Shown piece after piece: positions 34,132-40,877 of a stretch of 40,877 nt of DNA (its first letter is position 1; every line of letters starts with the position of its first letter). Origin of the DNA: Vulcanimicrobiota bacterium (GTDB lineage Bacteria; Vulcanimicrobiota; Vulcanimicrobiia; Vulcanimicrobiales; Vulcanimicrobiaceae); assembly GCA_003155175.1 (NCBI GenBank), contig PMFP01000085.1, forward strand, positions 21,403 through 62,279, in the 5' to 3' direction. A program made the translations under genes and the position numbers. The notes below the pieces were generated by a model, which made no database searches, was not told the DNA's origin, and worked only from the letters and a program-made list of their open reading frames with translations.

Positions 34132-36046
34132 GGATTGCTTCGTCGAATCCCGAGCGGACTACGCTCATCGGTGCCGCGGGAACGTCCGCGCCGGTGGATA
34201 TCTCGTAGCGGCGCTCGCCGCTTTCGCTCTCGTCAACGAGACGAAATCCCAGTTTGTCGTAGTGTTCCCGCACCATGCCGTTCCGGTCGGTCGGACGATA
34301 TACGCCTATCACGCGCTCCACGCCGCGCCCGCGGGCGTGCTGCAGAATCTCGCGCAGCACCATCTGCTCGACGCGGCGGCCAAGAACGCGGCAACTCATC
34401 AGCCACGTATCGATTTCCCACTCCGCAGCGGAGATCTCGCGGCAGACGTTGACGCCGATCATGCCGTTGTCGCCGAACGTGTCGACGAGGCGAACTTGCA
34501 GCGTGAAGCAGGCGGGATCGGACGCGATGGCGGCGATCTCGGCTTCGTTGTACCGTCTCGTGGTGAGATTAAACTGATTCGACTTGTTGACGAGCTGCGC
34601 GATCCGCGCGCGTCCCGGTGCGTCGAAGGGCCGGAAATCGATCTGCATCTCGAGCGAGGCGAGGTAGCCTTCGAGATCCCCGACCCGCTCGCGGAGCTCG
34701 ACGCGGCGGGCGTTGGCTTGATAGGCGTCGCCACGGGCGGCGTCCTCGGTCGAGAATGCGATACCCTCGAAGTACCCGGCCGCCGAGAGCGTACGCGCGT
34801 AGTATGCGGGGTCGGGCGGAAGTTCCGGCACAGCGACTTCCGGCAGCGATTTGCGGATCAGCCCGCGCTCGACCGGATTGTCGTCGAGAAAGACCATGGC
34901 GTCCGTGCCGAGCGAGAGGGCGGAGGCAATCGCGGCGATGTTGGTCGCCTTGTCGTCCCAATTTGCTTGGAAAACCGCGATGTGATCTTCTTGAAGCAGC
35001 ATCTCGGTATGGCCGCGGAAGGGCAAGCGCGCCGTTGCGTCGTCGTTTTTGGAGGACACCGCCAGCACGACGCCGCGATCGCGCAACGCCAGCGCCGTCC
35101 GCTGTACCTCGAGATAGGCCTCGCCGGTTGCGTTGCCCTGCCCGAGGACGATGCCCTCGATGCCGTCGTCGCCGATGATGCCGCCCCACACCGTATTGTC
35201 GAGATCGAGGATCAGGCATCGCCGGCTCTTGCCGCGGAGCGCGCCGACGAGCCTCGCGCAGTGCTCGGCGTAGAGCGGAAGATACTTGCTGTCGAACGCG
35301 AGTTTTCCGAGATTCCATTGCTTGGGCGAATGCCAATCGCCCAGTCCCACGGTTTCGGCCAAACCGGCGACGTCGAAGAGGACGTCTTGACTGCCGCGAA
35401 CGCTTTGGACCAACGCGGCGTTGAATGCGTCCACGAGCGCACGCGGCGTTCCGGGTACGCAGCGGTCGTAACCTCCGAACAACGTCTCCGGCGGCGGCGG
35501 CAGCGTTTGTACGATGCTGAGCGCCTTCCCGTGCGCGCCGAAACCGTCCCGAAGGCTTCCAAGGAATCCGAGCGCCGCGTCCACGCTGCGGAGCGAAACG
35601 CCCTCGTCTCGCGGATCGGCGCGGAACGGAAGTCCGCGATAATCGAGCGCGAGGAGCACGGCATCCGGCTGCCAACGATTGATGCTCGAATCGGGGTCGA
35701 ACGCTTCTTGCGCGGTCTGTCCGAAATCCGCCGCCATACACTCGAGCGCGATGCCGTGACGCGCCGCGCTCCCGACGAGCAGCGGTACGAGATAGTCGAG
35801 CGTCCCATTTCCCACGACGGCGAGCTTGAACGGCGACAAGGGCTCGAGCGTCCGCCCCGCCGCGGACGCCTCGCGGATCGCACGCGCCAGTTGCCGCAAT
35901 TGGTTTTCGTCCAGCGCGTAACCGGCGAGTCGCGCGAGCGCGTTACCCGCCGCGTCGTTCGAACGGACCACGTTGCGGCATCGCTCGCGAAAATCGGCGG
36001 GAGGCTTGGGTAGCCAAGTGAGATGAGCGTAGAGATCTGCTGCCAC
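34124..36046 (-). CDS. FkbH-like HAD-IIIC phosphatase/acyl-transferase (three-domain form)
   Basis: About 640 aa from the GTG at 36046; the track ORF start at 36151 would overlap the upstream gene. HAD motif I is CLILDLDNTVWGGIIGDDG and a later HAD motif is MVFLDDNP. The C-terminal FkbH/GNAT-like domain contains NKSNQFNLTTRRY and the conserved-Cys motif WLMSCRVLGRRVE. Confidence 0.85.
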   Translation of the reverse strand: MAADLYAHLTWLPKPPADFRERCRNVVRSNDAAGNALARLAGYALDENQLRQLARAIREASAAGRTLEPLSPFKLAVVGNGTLDYLVPLLVGSAARHGIALECMAADFGQTAQEAFDPDSSINRWQPDAVLLALDYRGLPFRADPRDEGVSLRSVDAALGFLGSLRDGFGAHGKALSIVQTLPPPPETLFGGYDRCVPGTPRALVDAFNAALVQSVRGSQDVLFDVAGLAETVGLGDWHSPKQWNLGKLAFDSKYLPLYAEHCARLVGALRGKSRRCLILDLDNTVWGGIIGDDGIEGIVLGQGNATGEAYLEVQRTALALRDRGVVLAVSSKNDDATARLPFRGHTEMLLQEDHIAVFQANWDDKATNIAAIASALSLGTDAMVFLDDNPVERGLIRKSLPEVAVPELPPDPAYYARTLSAAGYFEGIAFSTEDAARGDAYQANARRVELRERVGDLEGYLASLEMQIDFRPFDAPGRARIAQLVNKSNQFNLTTRRYNEAEIAAIASDPACFTLQVRLVDTFGDNGMIGVNVCREISAAEWEIDTWLMSCRVLGRRVEQMVLREILQHARGRGVERVIGVYRPTDRNGMVREHYDKLGFRLVDESESGERRYEISTGADVPAAPMSVVRSGFDEAILI

Positions 36047-36057
36047 GTGAAATCCGC

Positions 36058-36735
36058 TTAAGGAGAAGGGGTCGCCGCTCGCGCCGCGTTCAAGACGTCG
36101 ACGAAATCCTGCCCGACGATCTGATTTCCGGACGTGCTCGGATGCGCCCAATTGCGCATGAGCGTGCTCGGGAACGGTCCGTCGTTGAATCTACGGTCGG
36201 CGGCAAGGTCCACGAGCAACAATTTGTTCTGTGACGCAAAGCCGCGAAGCCACTGGTTGTACGCATCGAGATCGGCGCGAACGCGCTCTTGTTGCGCGTT
36301 GTTGATGTAGGTGGCGATCACGATCGTGGCGTGCGGACACCGTTGCCGCACCGCCTGATAGACTTGCGCGAACTGCGATTGAACCGTCGAGATCGGCACT
36401 GCCTGCCGAATCAGATCGCCGCCGCCCGTTTCGAGCGTAACCAATTTGCAGGCCGGATTACCGGATGGAATCTTCGGAACTTCTACGTTGAGCGCGTAAG
36501 CCGCGCTCGAACCGCCCAGGGCCAGGTTCTCGAGCGTGAGGCCCGGGAACGCCTTAACGACGACCTGCGCGAACTGCTCGTCGTTGTAGCGGTCGTTCGA
36601 TATCGAGTCGCCGATCGCGTAGTAGGTCCCGTTGGTCAGGTCTACTTTAGAGCCTTGCGCTTGCGCGATCGCGACGCCGCTACTTAGTAGCGGCGCGCAC
36701 AGCGCGATGCCCATGACGTATGCGACGTATTTCAT
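36058..36735 (-). CDS. secreted SGNH/GDSL esterase
   Basis: 225 aa. The signal peptide is MKYVAYVMGIALCAPLLSSGVAIAQA. Block I is YAIGDSISN, block II is LALGGSSA, block III is ETGGGDL and the block V-like element is NWAHPSTSGN. Confidence 0.75.
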   Translation of the reverse strand: MKYVAYVMGIALCAPLLSSGVAIAQAQGSKVDLTNGTYYAIGDSISNDRYNDEQFAQVVVKAFPGLTLENLALGGSSAAYALNVEVPKIPSGNPACKLVTLETGGGDLIRQAVPISTVQSQFAQVYQAVRQRCPHATIVIATYINNAQQERVRADLDAYNQWLRGFASQNKLLLVDLAADRRFNDGPFPSTLMRNWAHPSTSGNQIVGQDFVDVLNAARAATPSP

Positions 36736-36835
36736 CAGCGTCCCGGTTCGATGCGGTGCCTCGGGCGCGCCTCTTTTGGAGCGCTAACGCTGCGAACTAG
36801 AGGAACGAGGTGGCCGTCGCCGGGAATCCGGCCGG
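36736..36835. promoter_or_regulatory. divergent intergenic region (SGNH esterase/FkbH-like operon leftward, NHL protein rightward)
   Basis: A 100-bp gap between divergent starts. The call rests on geometry only, with no motif assigned. Confidence 0.3.
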
Positions 36836-38638
36836 GTGCGCTCCCTCATCCTTCTTTTTTTCTGCGTTCTCGGACTCTCGGCTCCGGCGCTACCCGCGAC
36901 CTTCTCTACCATCGCCGGCAGCGGCGCCGCCGGCGTCTCGGACGGCCCGGCGAACGGCGCCACCTTCCTCATGCCCTACGGGGTCGCGGTCTTCCACGGA
37001 ACGATCTACGTGACGGATTTTCTCGGCCAACGCGTGCGAGCGATCGATCCGAACGGAACCGTGCGCACGGTTGCAGGCGGGGGAGCGCTTGGTCCCGACG
37101 GATTGAGCGTTCGCGGCGGCTACCGTGACGGCGCCGCGCTGGACGCACGATTCGACGGTCCGGCGGGGATAGCGATCGACGCGTCCGGCCGAATTTTCGT
37201 CGCGGATTCACGCAACGACTGCATTCGCGTGATTGAGGGCGGGCGCGTTCGCACGTACGCCGGCGCGCCGTCGCGCTCGTACTCCGACGGTCCGCTCTCG
37301 AGTGCCGGCTTCGACGAGCCGGTCGCGCTCGCGATCGACCAAGACGGCACGATGTACGTCGGCGACTTTAATGCGGGCGTCCGGAAAATCACGAAGGACG
37401 GCGCGGTCGGCACGATCGCGCTCCCGCCTGGATTCGATACGACCGTCACGTCCATCGTTCCCAAGCCTTGGGGGCTGCTGATCGCAAACGGACGCTCGAT
37501 GATCTGGCTTCGTCATCCCGGCGCGACGCCGCCCGACTACGACGCTACGATTCCCGAAGCTCCGTTTCCGTTCGAGCTTTCGAACAATCACAGACTCTTC
37601 GCTCAGGACGACGTGGCGACCGGCTATCCGTTCCAGGTGACGAACCTGACGGGCGAGGTTTATGCGTACACGGACCCGCGGCGCATGGCAGTGCGCCTGT
37701 TCGACAACTATTTCGCGTTTGCCGATTCGCTGAGCGAGAGTCCGGCCGAAAACTACTCTGCCTTCGGCGGCGGCTATCAAGACGGACCGATCGGCAAGGT
37801 TCAAGTTCCGCTGGGGATCGCTTCGCTCGGGGCATCCGCCGTCGTCTTTGCCGATGCCGGCAATCGCCGGATTCGTAAAATCTCGAACATCGAAACGCGT
37901 CAGTACGCGTCGCCGTCAACCCCGTTCGGCGACTATAGCGACGGTCAAAAGAACTATCGCATTCTGATCATTTCCGGTTGCTACGGTGCGTGGGGAGTCC
38001 CGTTTTCGGCGAGTCTTGCCGGGCGGCTCGAGGAGCGGCTCGAGGCGGATCGTTCGCGGCTCGGCATCCCCCGCCGGGTCCGGGTGGCGACGATATGGAT
38101 CGGAACCGTCGGCGAAGTGCGGGATTATGCGCGGGACGTCCTCTCGAGCGGCGTGGCCGACCTGGTGGTTTGGGAGTTCAACGACGGCATGCCCAACGAA
38201 GAGTGGGTACCCGAGCGCGACAACCTCACGACGCCGCTCAAGGATATCGATTTCTGGCGGAACTCAATGCAACCCAAACTCGTTTCCATTGGGAAGTCGT
38301 TACGGGAAGCGGGCGTTCCGTTTTACGTCCTCGCCGTGCCCACGCCGCTGTATTTTCCCGCCTCCGAGTTGACATATCGGGATCTCACCCATCCGCCGTT
38401 GGAGCAGACTAGGGACTGGCCGCAGATGTCGTCAATCTATCAGACGATCTTTACTGGGAACGCCGATGGTTTCGTCGACGCGGGGACGGCCATGTTCGCC
38501 CAGGAGAAGCTGCCGGATCACCGGTTGATGTTCCTAACGACGGGCGCATACCAATTGTCCGCTGCGGGTCAAGCCGTCGTGACGGACGCTCTTTTCGACA
38601 CTCTCGCTCACGATCGGCCGTGGGCGCCGAAGCACTAG
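36836..38638 (+). CDS. secreted NHL-repeat beta-propeller protein with a C-terminal alpha/beta (degenerate SGNH-like?) domain
   Basis: 600 aa with a GTG start. The signal peptide is MRSLILLFFCVLGLSAPALPA. Repeated NHL blades include PYGVAVFHGTIYVTDFLGQRVRAIDPNG, PAGIAIDASGRIFVADSRNDCIRVI, PVALAIDQDGTMYVGDFNAGVRKI and VVFADAGNRRIRKI. The C-terminal roughly 230 aa start at YRILIISGCYGAWG. Confidence 0.75.
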   Translation: MRSLILLFFCVLGLSAPALPATFSTIAGSGAAGVSDGPANGATFLMPYGVAVFHGTIYVTDFLGQRVRAIDPNGTVRTVAGGGALGPDGLSVRGGYRDGAALDARFDGPAGIAIDASGRIFVADSRNDCIRVIEGGRVRTYAGAPSRSYSDGPLSSAGFDEPVALAIDQDGTMYVGDFNAGVRKITKDGAVGTIALPPGFDTTVTSIVPKPWGLLIANGRSMIWLRHPGATPPDYDATIPEAPFPFELSNNHRLFAQDDVATGYPFQVTNLTGEVYAYTDPRRMAVRLFDNYFAFADSLSESPAENYSAFGGGYQDGPIGKVQVPLGIASLGASAVVFADAGNRRIRKISNIETRQYASPSTPFGDYSDGQKNYRILIISGCYGAWGVPFSASLAGRLEERLEADRSRLGIPRRVRVATIWIGTVGEVRDYARDVLSSGVADLVVWEFNDGMPNEEWVPERDNLTTPLKDIDFWRNSMQPKLVSIGKSLREAGVPFYVLAVPTPLYFPASELTYRDLTHPPLEQTRDWPQMSSIYQTIFTGNADGFVDAGTAMFAQEKLPDHRLMFLTTGAYQLSAAGQAVVTDALFDTLAHDRPWAPKH

Positions 38639-38658
38639 CGGTCTTGGAGAATACGTTC

Positions 38659-39126
38659 TTGAGGTATTTTATTCGCGCGCTCACGTCCGCAACGTTCGCG
38701 TTCGCGCTGACCGGCGGCGCAGCGCTCGCTTCGGTTTCGGGCACGGTCGTTACCGCCAAGTCCGGCGAGCACGCGTTGATCTTGTGGGACGCGACGCCGG
38801 CAGTCGTCACCATCGTCGACAACAAGCAGCCCCGCGACGCGGCGATGGAATCGCTCGAATCGCAAGCCATGCAGATCGCCGGCGAGCGCGCCCCCGCGCT
38901 AACGGACGCAAAGACGATCACCGTTCGCGTCGTCTACCAGAAGATCGGCGCCGTGAATCCCGCCTACGGTACTCCGACGTTTGCCGGGGTCGAGCGCGTC
39001 TTCGACCTTACGGTCGACGCGCCGACCGCCAAAACGCAAAGCGGGGCGCTTGCAAAATCGCTCGCATCCGGAACCACGCCGAAGGGCGTTACCGTCCAGG
39101 TGACGGGCGTGCTACCGCCCCTGTAA
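38659..39126 (+). CDS. small secreted protein of unknown function
   Basis: Preferred start is the TTG at 38659, 8 nt after GGAGA. The signal-like N-terminus is LRYFIRALTSATFAFALTGGAALA. I recognise no family. The call rests on signal-peptide logic, ORF length and the lack of a better ORF on the other strand here. Confidence 0.4.
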   Translation: MRYFIRALTSATFAFALTGGAALASVSGTVVTAKSGEHALILWDATPAVVTIVDNKQPRDAAMESLESQAMQIAGERAPALTDAKTITVRVVYQKIGAVNPAYGTPTFAGVERVFDLTVDAPTAKTQSGALAKSLASGTTPKGVTVQVTGVLPPL

Positions 39127-39687
39127 TCCTTTGTTCGGCGAAAGCAACTCGTAGGAGCGGCCGCAGCCGCACGCAAGCGATTCGGGAAGACGCTCGCCGC
39201 ACGCGCAGATCCAGCCGATTTGCCGGGCGGGATTCCCAACGACGAGGGCGTGCGCCGGCACGTCGCGGATCACGACGGAACCGGCGCCCACGAAGCAGCG
39301 TTCGCCCAGGGTAACTCCGCAGACGATGGTCGCTTGAGCTCCGATGGACGCTCCGCGCTTCACCAGCGTCTTGCGGAACTGCAGCGGATCCGAGAAGCCG
39401 ACGCGCGGCGTGAAGTCGTTGGTGAAAACCATTGCCGGCCCCAGGAACACCTCGTCCTCGACCGTCACTTTGTCCCAAATCAGAACTTGATTTTTCACCG
39501 TAACGCGGTTTCCCAGTACCGCTCCGGATTCCACAAAGGCGTGGTCGCAGATGTTGCAATTTTCGCCGATGCGCGCGCCGGACATGACGTGTGCGAAGGC
39601 CCAGACGCGTGTCCCGGCTCCGACGGAATCGCTCTCGCAGAGCCCCTTCTCGTGCACGAAGACCGGTTGCTTGCTTTCGGAAATCAT
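39112..39687 (-). CDS. left-handed beta-helix (hexapeptide-repeat) sugar N-acetyltransferase, WbpD/WlbB-like
   Basis: 191 aa. The sequence FVHEKGLCESDSVGAGTRVWAFAHVMSGARIGENCNICDHAFVESGAVLGNRVTVKNQVLIWDKVTVEDEVFLGPAMVFTND shows hexapeptide periodicity and the layout of nucleotide-amino-sugar N-acetyltransferases. The C-terminal tail carries CxC...CxC. Confidence 0.8.
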   Translation of the reverse strand: MISESKQPVFVHEKGLCESDSVGAGTRVWAFAHVMSGARIGENCNICDHAFVESGAVLGNRVTVKNQVLIWDKVTVEDEVFLGPAMVFTNDFTPRVGFSDPLQFRKTLVKRGASIGAQATIVCGVTLGERCFVGAGSVVIRDVPAHALVVGNPARQIGWICACGERLPESLACGCGRSYELLSPNKGLQGR

Positions 39688-39853
39688 TCGCGCATATTTG
39701 GCTGCGACGGGAGCTGAAGCCTCGCCTAACAGGGGCCTGCGCTACCTTAACGAAGGTCGGGTGAGAAAATCCATTGTTGTTGCGTTCGTCTATCGAAGAG
39801 CCGGCCATCGAAAACCTTTGCAGCGTGTCCCTTAGTCGGTCCACGGCGCCGCG

Positions 39854-40877
39854 ATGCGCGTGCCGGCCGGTCTCGTCTTTGCGCCGGCTGCTTCCCCGCC
39901 GGGCGTTCTTGGGCTGCCTGGGCCCGGTTGTAGAGATTTGAACCCGGCGCCAGGGGGCGCGTTTTGGGTCTCCACCCTGCGTGGGCTGCGTCGCCACGCT
40001 CCGTTGCTTATCGCTTACGTTCCGTTATTCGTGCTCCTCGGCGCGTGGTTTCATCCGGGTCTGATCGCCGGCGAAGACTTCGGGAACACCGGTTGGAACG
40101 ACGACGCCCTTCTCAGTCACTATTTCCCTCTTCCGGATCTTTGGGACCCGAGCTTCAATCTTGGGGTCCCCGTTGACTTCAATCTTGCCAACGTGCCGCT
40201 CTTCTGGATCGCGGGACTCCTCGCGAAAATCGGATTAGGCTGGACGGTCTCCGAGCGATTGCTGTGGCTCTTTCCGTTATTCGTGTTGCTGCCGCTTTCG
40301 CCGTACGTGCTTGCGATGCGTCTTACGAAGTCGCCGTGGGCCTCGAGCGCGGCCGGGCTCGTGTTTTCGCTGAACACTTGGACGGTCGGTCTGATCGAGC
40401 GCGGCCATATCCCTTCGCTCGTTGCGTACGCGTTGATTCCGCTCGTTCTCGTGGCCGGCGTAACGGCGCTCCGCACGGCTTCGTATCGTGCCGCGTTGAC
40501 GGTCGGGTTTCTCTTGCTCGTGCAGATCCTTTACGACGTCCGTTACGCGTACTTATCCGTGGTGACGCTGTCCGCGCTGTTCCTGGTCGAAGGGCTCGCA
40601 AGTCCGAAAAGGACGTTCACGAAGGCGACGCCTCGTACTGCGGCGCTCGTCTTCGCGGTGGTCGTCGTCGGCAGTATGTATTGGATCGTGCCGACGGCGC
40701 TGACGTCCGTATCGCTCCCGGCGGGATACGGATCCGCGGCGGAGTTTGCGACCGATAACGTCAAGCTCGATATCTTACATAGCTTTGCGTTGTTCTTTCC
40801 TTACTACCACCACACGGTGCTCAACGATCCGTTTCAGGTATATCCGGTTGAATGGCCCTTCGTGCTCCTGGGATTGC
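39854..40877 (+). CDS. polytopic membrane protein, possibly a GT-C-type glycosyltransferase (partial; continues past the right window edge)
   Basis: Not in the ORF track because it has no stop inside the window. My translation reads ...RRHAPLLIAYVPLFVLLGAWFHPGLIAGEDFGNTGWNDDALLSHYFPLPDLWDPSFNLGVP...LWLFPLFVLLPLSPYVLAM...IERGHIPSLVAYALIPLVLVAG..., with multiple TM helices. The frame is open from 39836. Candidate starts are the ATG at 39854, the GTG at 39860 and the TTG at 39938. The function is a guess. Confidence 0.45.
   Translation, partial: MRVPAGLVFAPAASPPGVLGLPGPGCRDLNPAPGGAFWVSTLRGLRRHAPLLIAYVPLFVLLGAWFHPGLIAGEDFGNTGWNDDALLSHYFPLPDLWDPSFNLGVPVDFNLANVPLFWIAGLLAKIGLGWTVSERLLWLFPLFVLLPLSPYVLAMRLTKSPWASSAAGLVFSLNTWTVGLIERGHIPSLVAYALIPLVLVAGVTALRTASYRAALTVGFLLLVQILYDVRYAYLSVVTLSALFLVEGLASPKRTFTKATPRTAALVFAVVVVGSMYWIVPTALTSVSLPAGYGSAAEFATDNVKLDILHSFALFFPYYHHTVLNDPFQVYPVEWPFVLLGL

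Noticed and set aside
33971-36013. 680-aa plus-strand ORF
   Set aside because: It is antisense to the FkbH-like gene, whose HAD and FkbH motifs are clear. The plus-strand product has no recognisable features.
1-40877. Mobile elements, prophage or defence systems
   Set aside because: No transposase, integrase, recombinase, nuclease/ATPase defence-type ORF or terminal inverted repeat was recognised. The gene content is housekeeping and cell-envelope biosynthesis.

Overview
This is a visibly GC-rich bacterial chromosomal segment that is almost fully coding, with many 1-4 nt start/stop overlaps. I found no rRNA, tRNA, CRISPR array, transposase, integrase or recognisable defence gene. The high GC content produces many long Arg/Gly/Ala-rich shadow ORFs in the six-frame track. 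I rejected those wherever a family-recognisable protein occupies the same DNA.

Gene content, left to right:
(1) A minus-strand nucleotide-sugar operon: ugd, a UXS-like decarboxylase, a DegT aminotransferase and a Gfo/Idh/MocA oxidoreductase.
(2) A tight minus-strand operon: S4-domain protein, whiA, gap, pgk, tpiA, gpmI.
(3) A MATE exporter, a hotdog protein, a YabN-like methylase-MazG fusion, a PrsA-like parvulin lipoprotein and mfd.
(4) A polyprenyl-phosphate GT2, a Wzy_C/O-antigen-ligase-like protein and a GT87-like membrane protein, co-oriented with mfd and overlapping its start.
(5) A repeat-bearing lipoprotein, plus an LptD-like outer-membrane protein translationally coupled to a secreted protein with a CBM-like domain.
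(6) A plus-strand envelope-glycan cluster: deoB, a phosphoglycosyl transferase, a MurJ-type flippase and a GT2-GT4 fusion.
(7) The most interesting part: an ACP, an MBOAT, a methyltransferase, a VOC/epimerase-like protein and a membrane-anchored SGNH protein. These converge on an FkbH-type HAD-IIIC enzyme and a secreted SGNH esterase, next to an NHL-propeller protein.

I read block (7) as a Dlt-like extracytoplasmic acylation pathway. Its carrier protein appears to be charged by an FkbH-type (glyceryl-loading) enzyme rather than by an adenylating DltA. As far as I know this arrangement has not been described. All functional calls come from motif recognition by eye on the translations, with no database search, so they need HMM or structure confirmation.
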